A stretch of 64,000 nucleotides of DNA from Muribaculaceae bacterium. Its GTDB lineage: Bacteria > Bacteroidota > Bacteroidia > Bacteroidales > Muribaculaceae. Position numbers and translations under genes: made by a program. The stretch is from NCBI GenBank assembly GCA_029068655.1, contig JAIECF010000230.1, forward strand, positions 6,382 through 70,381, written 5' to 3'. Shown piece by piece: positions 10,303-18,452 of the stretch (position 1 is the stretch's first letter; each line of letters opens with the position of its first letter). The notes under the pieces were generated by a model that was given only the letters and a program-made list of their open reading frames with translations, was not told the DNA's origin and made no database searches.

Positions 10303-11139
10303 ATGAACGATAATTCAATCATACACCTCTTTGAGGGTAAGAAAATCCGTATCGCATGGGATGCAGAGCAGGAGAAATACTATTTTTCTGTAACAGATAT
10401 TGTGCATGTATTAACAGATTCTGTAAATCCACGTGATTACATAAAGAAGATGCTTAGACGCGACCCGGAGCTGAAAGCCAAGTGGGGGACAATTTGTCCC
10501 CCTGTTAAAATGTTGGCTCCAGATGGGAAAAGTCGCAAAACCCAAGCCGCTGACCTTGAAGGAATATTCCGTATTATTCAGTCAGTTCCATCTAAAAAAG
10601 CAGAACCAGTAAAAAAATGGTTGGCAGAAGTCGGTGCTCAACGCATCGACCAGATGATAGATCCTGAATTAAGTTTCCAGATGGCCGTCGAGGACTACCG
10701 ACGTCAGGGTTACAGTGACCGTTGGATAAACGAGCGTATGCGCTCCATAGAGATGCGTAAGGAATTGACCGACGAATGGCATCGCTCAGGCATCCATGAA
10801 TCGAAGGACTTTGCTATACTCACTAACGTTCTAACCAAGGCCTGGAGTGGGATGACTACGGGCGAATACAAACGCCACAAGGGTCTGACAAAAGAGAATC
10901 TGCGCGACAACATGACAAATGTCGAACTGGCGCTTAATACTCTTGCAGAAGTTGCAACAACAGAAATAGCCCGCCAGCGACAGACACATGGAATGAAAGA
11001 GAGTCGACAGGCAGCCCAAGCAGGGGGTAAGATTGCGAAGAATACCCGCGATGACCTGGAACGTCAACTTGGTCGTACTGTAATATCCTCCGAACGTGCT
11101 TCCGATTATATAAAATCCATCGAAAATAAGAATTCTTAA
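10303..11139 (+). CDS. BRO-N domain (phage antirepressor-like) DNA-binding protein
   Basis: 'LFEGKKIRIAWD..QEKYYFSVTDIV', 'RIIQSVPSKKAEPVKKWLAEVG' and 'LRDNMTNVEL', typical of the Bro-N family. Confidence 0.85.
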   Translation: MNDNSIIHLFEGKKIRIAWDAEQEKYYFSVTDIVHVLTDSVNPRDYIKKMLRRDPELKAKWGTICPPVKMLAPDGKSRKTQAADLEGIFRIIQSVPSKKAEPVKKWLAEVGAQRIDQMIDPELSFQMAVEDYRRQGYSDRWINERMRSIEMRKELTDEWHRSGIHESKDFAILTNVLTKAWSGMTTGEYKRHKGLTKENLRDNMTNVELALNTLAEVATTEIARQRQTHGMKESRQAAQAGGKIAKNTRDDLERQLGRTVISSERASDYIKSIENKNS

Positions 11140-11184
11140 ACGTTACCACTTCCAGAAGAAAAATAATTAACGTTGCGTTTGCAT

Positions 11185-12160
11185 TTAGGCACTTCTCAGA
11201 CTTCCACAGAATTATTTTCTTTGTCGAAGTTATCCCTGATTAGGGTTGAGTTAAAAAGTAAATATTTTTCTGCGCCCCATCTGCTCGTTCTGAGCACTCT
11301 GAAAGAGAGTTCTGCGCATAATACCTTCGTTCCTGCCGGCCGGGACTTTGAAAGTGTAGGCGCAGACCTAATTCTTAGCGCAGGAACTGGCAGATCTTCA
11401 CAGAATTTTTAATTTGACTGCGAGCGGCGGTTAGAAACCGCCTACCCCATAAGATGCGGAGTCTATATATGGGTAGGAGGCTTCCCAGCCTCCTGAGGGA
11501 CGTCTTCCTCATTCATGCAAGGCGGAGCGCAGCGAGCGAGCTTCGGCGATCTTTGCTTCCGAGTGCCGGCACTGAAAGACTCAGCCACTTTGCGGCTTTG
11601 CGTGAGAAACATAAAGAACTGATTCTTAGCGCGGGAACTGACAGATCTTCACAGAATTTTTTAATCTGACTGTGAGGGACATATTTAATCTTTAATCTTT
11701 TTCACGCTAGGGAGCGCTAAGGGGGTGGGAACGCGGGGCGTCTTCCTCATTCACGCAATGCGGAGCGGAGCGAGCGAGCTTCGGCGATCTTTGCTACCGA
11801 GTGCTATCCTACAAAAGACTTCGCCCCTTTGCGGCTTTGCGTGAGCTATTGAAAGTGTAGGCGCAGACCTAATTCTTAGCGCGGGAACCGGCAGATCTTC
11901 ACAGAATTTTTTAATCTGACTGCGAGCGGCGGTTAGAAACCGCCTACCCATGGGCTACGCAATTTATGGGTAGGAGGCTTCCCAGCCTCCTGAGTATTGT
12001 CTTACCCCATTCCTGCGAAGCGAGCGAGCCTTGGCGTCCTTTGCTTCCGAGTGCCGGCACTGAAAGACTCAGCCCCTTAGCGGCTTTGCGTGAGCTATTG
12101 AAAGTGTAGGCGCAGACCTAATTCTTAGCGCGGGAACTGGCAGATTTCTACAGAATTTTA
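11185..12160 (+). repeat. Modular repeat array 2 (partial core-Y-core-X-partial core-Z-core-X-core)
   Basis: Core copies at ~11185 (truncated), 11356, ~11616 (truncated), 11857 and 12106, with the same modules and orientation as array 1. Confidence 0.9.
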
Positions 12161-12255
12161 TTATCGGCGCTACAGGGAGCACTCGAATGACTTCCCGGTG
12201 TAACAAAAACTCAATTTAAAAAAATTAAAAATGTAATAAAAAAGTCAAAAAATAT

Positions 12256-12287
12256 CTTGCGTATTTAAGATTTTTTATCTAACTTTG
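12256..12287 (+). promoter_or_regulatory. Sigma-A promoter for the rightward pilus operon
   Basis: CTTG (12256-12259), 20 nt, TAACTTTG (12280-12287). Confidence 0.6.
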
Positions 12288-12303
12288 CGTGTCCGATTCA
12301 GAT

Positions 12304-12341
12304 ATCACTATTAGCGTATCACTATTAGCGCATCACTATTT
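12304..12341 (+). repeat. 14-bp tandem repeat ATCACTATTAGCGY x~2.7 in the 5' UTR
   Basis: atcactattagcgt atcactattagcgc atcactattt. Confidence 0.75.
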
Positions 12342-12399
12342 TGGTGGTAGGAAGCAATGGGACATTTTTTAGAAAGTGTAACTGTTATTCTAAACCATA

Positions 12400-13734
12400 A
12401 TGTCATTCAAGGGGATTTTTCCATACCTACTATTACTGTTGTCATCGTTGACGGCATTAGGATACGAGTATACACCCGCCGACACGGCCAAGGTATATTT
12501 CCGGCTCGGCTACCGTCAGGTGGATCCTACGTTTGCCGACAACAAGGTGGCACTTGATAGATTCGTCAATTCCATCAAAGACGCGAAGGCCGTCGACGAC
12601 GTGCACCATATCGTAGTGCGTACAGCCGCATCTCCCGACGGAGGTCTCGACGCCAACATCCGTCTTTCGCAAAACCGCTCCAACGAAATGGTCAGCTATC
12701 TCGTGAAGCAGGCCGGAATCGACGCATCGCTCATCGAATCCTCTTCCGAAGGTATCGCGTGGGCCGAACTGCGCAACCTCGTGGCCGCCACCCCCGCTGT
12801 GCCGATGCAGGCGCAGGTGCTCGAGATCATCGACAACCAACCCGAATCGAGCCGCAAGCAGGCGCTCGTGGAACTCGGCGGCGGAGCCCCCTACAACTGG
12901 ATGTATAAGAACCTCTTCCCTCAGCTCCGCAGCGCGATGATGATATCCCTCTACCGCACATCTTACATGGAGGCTGAAGACCGTGCCCGCGAGGAGGCAG
13001 CACGCAAGGCCGCCGAGGAAGCGGCCCGCAAGGCGCAGCAGACTCAGCCGCAGCCGGCTCCCGTGGAGGAAGTGACCGAGACGGTCGAGGCCGTCGAAGT
13101 GGTCGAGGCTCCCGACAACGGCAATATGACTGCAGACGGCAACGCCACCGCCGGACTCCCCGGAAGGAACTTCTACATGGACATCCGCTCCAACATGCTC
13201 TACGACGCGCTCGCACTCCCGAACATCGGCGCTGAGTTCTATCTCGGCAAGAACTTCTCGATCGGCGGCAACTGGCTCTACGGCTGGTGGAAGAAAGACA
13301 ACCGCAGCCGCTACTGGCGCGCCTACGGCGGCGAGCTCTTCGGCAGATGGTGGTTTGGCAAGGCAGCGCACAACAAGCCCCTCACGGGACATCACGTAGG
13401 TCTCTACGGCCAGATCTACACCTACGACTTCGAATGGGGAGGCAAAGGCGAGATGGGCGGTAAGCCGGGCGACAACATGTGGGCCCGCTGCTTCTGGGGC
13501 GCCGGAGTGGAATACGGCTACTCGCTCCCCGTAGCAAGAAGGATCAACATCGACTTCTCACTCGGCCTGGGATATACGACAGGCACATATTACAAATATC
13601 ATCCCGAAGACGGCCACTACGTGTGGGAATCAACCCACAAGCGCCACTATTGGGGTCCGACAAAACTTGAGATCGCATTCGTGTGGCTCATAGGCAATGG
13701 AAACGTTAACGAAAAGAAAGGAGGCAAGCGATGA
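12400..13734 (+). CDS. OmpA-like domain fused to a DUF3575 beta-barrel (pilus-associated)
   Basis: N-terminal 'AASPDGGLDANIRLSQNR' and 'LFPQLR'; Ala/Glu/Pro linker; C-terminal 'IRSNMLYDAL' and 'YWGPTKLEIAFVW'. Confidence 0.8.
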   Translation: MSFKGIFPYLLLLLSSLTALGYEYTPADTAKVYFRLGYRQVDPTFADNKVALDRFVNSIKDAKAVDDVHHIVVRTAASPDGGLDANIRLSQNRSNEMVSYLVKQAGIDASLIESSSEGIAWAELRNLVAATPAVPMQAQVLEIIDNQPESSRKQALVELGGGAPYNWMYKNLFPQLRSAMMISLYRTSYMEAEDRAREEAARKAAEEAARKAQQTQPQPAPVEEVTETVEAVEVVEAPDNGNMTADGNATAGLPGRNFYMDIRSNMLYDALALPNIGAEFYLGKNFSIGGNWLYGWWKKDNRSRYWRAYGGELFGRWWFGKAAHNKPLTGHHVGLYGQIYTYDFEWGGKGEMGGKPGDNMWARCFWGAGVEYGYSLPVARRINIDFSLGLGYTTGTYYKYHPEDGHYVWESTHKRHYWGPTKLEIAFVWLIGNGNVNEKKGGKR

Positions 13735-14801
13735 AAAAAATTAGTCTTATAGCCGCCGCAGCCTCCGCGCTCCTCCCCCTCCTTACTTCCTGCGACCACA
13801 AGGAACTCTGCTTCGACCACTGGGACCATGCGGCCCGCCATCAGGTGAACTTCCAGGCCGAATGGGACCTCACATGGGAATACATGCATGAGGGTGAGAA
13901 CTGGAAGGAAAACTGGCACAACTACGACTTCTCCCGCGAATACGAAGACCTCCTTCATGAGCAGGGTACCGGCATCCACTCGCAGGTATACACCGACGGC
14001 CACGACAATGAAGTGACTTTCCTATCGTCTGAAGGTGGTATCGTACACATGACTCCCGGTGAGCACCAGATCCTATTCTACAACAACGACACCGAGTATA
14101 TCGTCTTCAACGACATCGACCTTCTCGCCAACGCGAGCGCCACGACACGTACACGTACACGCACTACATATCACGGCAACTCGAAGGCTCCGGCAGGAAC
14201 ACGTGCAGATGAGGTTACGGTAAACCCGCCAGATGCCCTCTTCGCGAAATATATCGAGAGCTATACACCGGAGAAAGCGATGGAGGCACCGATCGAGAAT
14301 ATCACTCTCCGTCCTCTCGTATACCGCTACTATATCCGCTTCCATTTCAAGAAAGGAGCCAACAAAGTCGCTGTAGCCCGTGGAGCTCTCGCCGGTATGG
14401 CCGGCAGCGTGTTCCTGACAGACGGCCATACAAGCTCGGAACCGGTCACCGTCCTCTTCGACTGCGAGACGCCCGATGGAACAAATGACCTTTTGGTGGA
14501 AGCTGCAGTGAACACATTCGGAGTTCCCAACCTTCCCAGCCCCCCTGAATACACCCGCGCACCGTTCTACGGTCTGACTCTTGAAATGCGACTTAAAGAC
14601 GGCACGATGCTCGAGCCCATCGACTTCGATATTAGCGATGAGATAGTAAAGCAGCCACGCGGAGGCGTCATCGACATCACGGATGATCGTCTTGATATCC
14701 CCGACGATATCGGTAATGAAGGAGGACAAGGCGCTTTCGGCGTTGCAATCGACGACTGGGGCGAATACGAAGATGTATCATTCGACCTCGGCAAAAAATA
14801 A
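13731..14801 (+). CDS. DUF5119 / FimB-Mfa2-like pilus lipoprotein
   Basis: 'LTSCDHKELCFDH', 'ILFYNNDTEY', 'QPRGGVI' and 'IDDW'; overlaps the upstream gene by ATGA. Confidence 0.8.
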   Translation: MKKISLIAAAASALLPLLTSCDHKELCFDHWDHAARHQVNFQAEWDLTWEYMHEGENWKENWHNYDFSREYEDLLHEQGTGIHSQVYTDGHDNEVTFLSSEGGIVHMTPGEHQILFYNNDTEYIVFNDIDLLANASATTRTRTRTTYHGNSKAPAGTRADEVTVNPPDALFAKYIESYTPEKAMEAPIENITLRPLVYRYYIRFHFKKGANKVAVARGALAGMAGSVFLTDGHTSSEPVTVLFDCETPDGTNDLLVEAAVNTFGVPNLPSPPEYTRAPFYGLTLEMRLKDGTMLEPIDFDISDEIVKQPRGGVIDITDDRLDIPDDIGNEGGQGAFGVAIDDWGEYEDVSFDLGKK

Positions 14802-14810
14802 GCCTTAATG

Positions 14811-14838
14811 TAAGAGTTAAGAGTTAAGGGTTAAGAGT
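14811..14838 (+). repeat. Heptamer array TAAG(A/G)GT x4
   Basis: taagagt taagagt taagggt taagagt. Confidence 0.8.
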
Positions 14839-14951
14839 TTTGTGTACTGCGTAGCAATGGAATGAAGGAGTCTTGCCTCTGCAGACCGGCCAAATAACAA
14901 AAGCAAATAGAGATAAATAACAAAATATTCACATTTTCAAACATCAAGAAC

Positions 14952-15995
14952 ATGAAAACTAAATCATTTCTTCTCGGAGCAGCGGCTGTAATGCTTGCCA
15001 CCGCATGCTCAAACGACGAAGTCGTGAAGGTCGCTGAAAACAGCGCAGCTATCGGCTTTAGCAGCTTTGTAAACAACTCAACCCGTACAGACTATGGCAC
15101 GACGAGCGACGAGAAACTCGAAGCTTTCAATGTATATGGTGTGACTTGGGGAACAGTTGATCCCTTCCAGGTATTCAGTGGCGTAAACGTTAGCAAAAGC
15201 GGTGAGGCTTGGAATTATGCAACTGAAACAGAACCTCTTCGTTACTGGATCCCGGGTAATACATATACATTCGCTGCCGTGGCTCCTATTGATGCTATCG
15301 CCGACGCATCTGCTGATGGAAAGGCTGTCGTTACTCAGGGTACAGATAAAACAAATGGTGGTGTTTCCACTATCACATTCACCAATAACGGTAATGTTGA
15401 CCTCCTTTTTGATGCTAAGGATGCGCCGACTGCTAATCAGACTGTAAACTTTACGCTGAAGCACCTTCTTACCCGTGTCAAGTTCCAGCTCACAAACAAA
15501 ATGAACTCTGACCTATACTACATTGAGGTTAAAGATGTAAAGATCAAAAAGGTCGTTAAGGATGCTACGTATACAGTGGCTAATGATGCTTGGACTTGGA
15601 ATTCCGAAGAAACAAACAAAACTGATTTCGGTTTTGATGTAGTTTATGAAGGTACGAAACATACTGAAAACGGTGGTAAAGCTATCTCAGCATCACATAA
15701 TCTTATTCCTGAGGTAGATGCTGAATACGAAGCAACTTTCACAATTGTACTCTATCAGGACGTTGATGGTGAGTATACAGCGGTTCATACTCCTTATGTT
15801 CATACTGTAATTCTTCCGAAGGTTGGCTATGTGGCTGGCAATAGCTATCTTTTTGCAGCTGATGTAACACCACAAAACATCGATCCCGAGGGTCCGGATT
15901 TGGAACCAATTACATTCTCTGCTTCTGTTATTGATTGGGTTAACGTAACACCGAATCCGACTCTTCCGACTCAGGAGCCTGTTGTAGTTGATTAA
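14952..15995 (+). CDS. Fimbrillin family (Mfa-like) pilin, probable major subunit
   Basis: Lipobox ATAC, 'AIGFSSFVNNSTR', 'RYW', 'FTLKHLLTRV' and C-terminal 'PITFSASVIDW'. Confidence 0.85.
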   Translation: MKTKSFLLGAAAVMLATACSNDEVVKVAENSAAIGFSSFVNNSTRTDYGTTSDEKLEAFNVYGVTWGTVDPFQVFSGVNVSKSGEAWNYATETEPLRYWIPGNTYTFAAVAPIDAIADASADGKAVVTQGTDKTNGGVSTITFTNNGNVDLLFDAKDAPTANQTVNFTLKHLLTRVKFQLTNKMNSDLYYIEVKDVKIKKVVKDATYTVANDAWTWNSEETNKTDFGFDVVYEGTKHTENGGKAISASHNLIPEVDAEYEATFTIVLYQDVDGEYTAVHTPYVHTVILPKVGYVAGNSYLFAADVTPQNIDPEGPDLEPITFSASVIDWVNVTPNPTLPTQEPVVVD

Positions 15996-16017
15996 TAACT
16001 TAAACACGAAAACAACT

Positions 16018-17112
16018 ATGAGACTGAATATTTTTAATTCGCTAATGGGCCTTTGCGTGGCTACAGCTGCCGTATCGTGCTCCAACGAGGTGGTCGATGA
16101 AAATTGCCTTCCCGTTGGTAGCGAATCTGATATGATCAGTTTTGTAGTTGCCGACGACAATACCCGCGGCGGTTCCTTCGGGAACCGCCCGGGCTCCTCA
16201 ACTCGCGGTTCGGTCACTACTTCCGAATCCATGAAAAAAAATCCATTCGCTGTATATGGCGACATGACAAACCTCGACTCCTCCAACCCTATTACACTGT
16301 TCTTCAAAGAACCGGTAAGCTATAATAACAGCAAATGGACATACGCCAATACAAGATACTGGTTCCCAAACTACGAATACTCCTTCCTCGCAATTCATCC
16401 GTCAACAGCAATTCCTTCTGAAGGAAGCACCAACGGAGAAATAACCAATTTTGACTATAAAGGCGACGCATCAGTGTCGTTCGATTATACCTCTCCTTCC
16501 GATTATTCCCAAGCTACAGACATTCTTATAGCAGGCCACAGAAGAAAATATACCGCCTCTACCGATGACAAGACAGTAGTATTATCTTTCGGCCATATAA
16601 TGTCGCGCCTGAATTTTGTGGCTAACCTTGAAAATTCAAATATTGAAGTAACGGGAATTACTATTGAAGGAATAGTCTCAAAAGCGAAATACTCCGTTAG
16701 ACCGGAAATTATTTCGAGTGGAAACACAGAAACTTCAGACCTTACAGGTACCCTCTGGTCCGAGCATTCTGGATCCACAAATATCTCAAAGAACAAAAAT
16801 TTCTTGCCTACAACAGATAGTCAAGGTAAATTATTCATTAGTCTGTTCCCGGATAATGATCCCCTGATCGTCATCCCGCAGAAAGTGACAGAAAAACTGA
16901 AAGTCGTGGTAACGTACAATATCGGTGGTCAAAAAGACGAAACCATTGAAGGCTATCTCGATTCCGCGTTACTCGGCAGTTGGATGGCAGGGAAGCTATA
17001 TACCTACACATTCACCCTCAAAGCAACCAATAATGAGTTTATAATCTTCAGCCAACCAGATATCGAGGAATGGAAAGAGGCTGATGGATCAAGCTACATC
17101 ATCATTAATTAA
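16018..17112 (+). CDS. Fimbrillin family pilin
   Basis: Start MRLNIF at 16018; lipobox VSC, 'STRGS', 'TRYW', 'FGHIMSRL' and 'WMAGKLYTY'. Confidence 0.85.
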   Translation: MRLNIFNSLMGLCVATAAVSCSNEVVDENCLPVGSESDMISFVVADDNTRGGSFGNRPGSSTRGSVTTSESMKKNPFAVYGDMTNLDSSNPITLFFKEPVSYNNSKWTYANTRYWFPNYEYSFLAIHPSTAIPSEGSTNGEITNFDYKGDASVSFDYTSPSDYSQATDILIAGHRRKYTASTDDKTVVLSFGHIMSRLNFVANLENSNIEVTGITIEGIVSKAKYSVRPEIISSGNTETSDLTGTLWSEHSGSTNISKNKNFLPTTDSQGKLFISLFPDNDPLIVIPQKVTEKLKVVVTYNIGGQKDETIEGYLDSALLGSWMAGKLYTYTFTLKATNNEFIIFSQPDIEEWKEADGSSYIIIN

Positions 17113-17143
17113 TCCTTTGTTAGGAGCATAATATCTATTGAAA

Positions 17144-18421
17144 ATGCAACATACATCGAAATATACGATTGCCTTGTTAGCTGCTGTTGCATCGCTTGCT
17201 TCATGCAGTGAGAACGATATACCCGGTCTAGAGAAGGCTACCGACAAATATATTGTTTTCGGGACTCCGAGTTTAGGCTTTGATGGTGCGGTTGGGGACT
17301 TTGCGAGTAATAATACTCGTGCAAATGTTACGCTTACGTCCTCTGTTGATAACTTTCAGGTATGGGCTTACTGTATCCCCAATAAAATTAAGGGAGACAA
17401 AGATCCGGAGAAAGCGACAACACGTTGGGTTGATAAATATATGTTTTTTACTTCTGGAGCAGATGTAGACAATCTTGTGAATGCTACAGTGAATCCGTCC
17501 GATGTGACAAATAATTACAATAATGGCGAACTAACACGTTGGAATGATGATCCCGAGGCTTTATATACCTTTATTGGTCTTGCAGGTAATAAGACATATA
17601 AGAATTACAACGGCGCCAATGTTAACAATTTTGACTATGTTATGGAGAACGCTTCGGCTGTGTCTGGATCTGAACATGGTCCGAGGTTAACTATCACTTT
17701 GAATCCAAATGGTGAAACGATAACTGAAACCATAATAACTTATGATACCATTCCTGCGAAATGGCCATGGATGAACCCCACTATCAGGCCAAAAGAAGAG
17801 GAAATTACTAAATTAATAAATGTTGATAGAACATACCAACCAGATCCAATATACGCCGTTGCATATGATCTCAAGAAAGAAGACGGCAACGTGAAACTTT
17901 CGTTTTCCCATATAATGACTGCCCTGAGGTTCAAAATTCAGAATTTTTCTGATAAAGAACTGACCATCACGTCTATGAAGTTTCAAGGTAAGTTCTATAA
18001 GAAGGCCACAATTGATTTTTCAGAGCTTACTCCGAAAATGGATGTAGACGTCAGTCAAACATATGATGGGCCGTTTTATATTATAGATAAAAATGAAGAA
18101 GTCATCATCGAGAAAGATAACTATAATTATGCCGGTGGAGAAGATAATTACCTCCTGCTCTTACCTAATCCGAAAGGTACTACTAACGACAACGACGGTA
18201 ATTATGTGTTAGGAGTTGATAAGAAACTTGAGATAACTTATCATTTTGAAAATGGTGAAGAAAAGTCAAAGGCAATAGAAGTAAAGCTGAATTATCTTCC
18301 TCAACCGAATACCAAGCATACGGCATATTTAAATTTCGTTGGCGATAACTTTTTCGTTACTTTCCAGGCTGATGAAAAGACTTGGGAAAATGGTTCAGAC
18401 AACAATTATATAATTAAATAA
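17144..18421 (+). CDS. Fimbrillin family pilin
   Basis: Lipobox LASC, 'NTRAN' and 'LSFSHIMTAL'; in the operon. Confidence 0.75.
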   Translation: MQHTSKYTIALLAAVASLASCSENDIPGLEKATDKYIVFGTPSLGFDGAVGDFASNNTRANVTLTSSVDNFQVWAYCIPNKIKGDKDPEKATTRWVDKYMFFTSGADVDNLVNATVNPSDVTNNYNNGELTRWNDDPEALYTFIGLAGNKTYKNYNGANVNNFDYVMENASAVSGSEHGPRLTITLNPNGETITETIITYDTIPAKWPWMNPTIRPKEEEITKLINVDRTYQPDPIYAVAYDLKKEDGNVKLSFSHIMTALRFKIQNFSDKELTITSMKFQGKFYKKATIDFSELTPKMDVDVSQTYDGPFYIIDKNEEVIIEKDNYNYAGGEDNYLLLLPNPKGTTNDNDGNYVLGVDKKLEITYHFENGEEKSKAIEVKLNYLPQPNTKHTAYLNFVGDNFFVTFQADEKTWENGSDNNYIIK

Positions 18422-18452
18422 GAGTCTTAACTAACCATATAAAACTACGAGT

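Noticed and set aside
9331-11951. Small ORFs (9331-9558, 9540-9749, 11173-11412, 11454-11669, 11751-11951; also 23443-23653, 25183-25500)
   Set aside because: They are translations of the non-coding repeat (recurring 'LGADLILSAGTGRSSQNF'), with inconsistent starts and frames between copies.
9217-12160. CRISPR array interpretation of the regularly recurring core
   Set aside because: The intervening sequences are long (~135-210 bp) recurring modules, not unique 30-40-bp spacers. The cores are degenerate, and no cas genes are present.
8960-12400. Invertible promoter controlling the pilus operons
   Set aside because: No inverted repeat pair bracketing either promoter was seen, all cores are direct repeats, and there is no tyrosine or serine recombinase in the window.
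12457-13395. Long antisense ORFs (12457-13395, 33928-34587, 38220-39041, 49968-50729, 53701-54396 and others)
   Set aside because: Shadow frames of GC-rich genes with clear motifs on the opposite strand; they have no recognisable motifs themselves.
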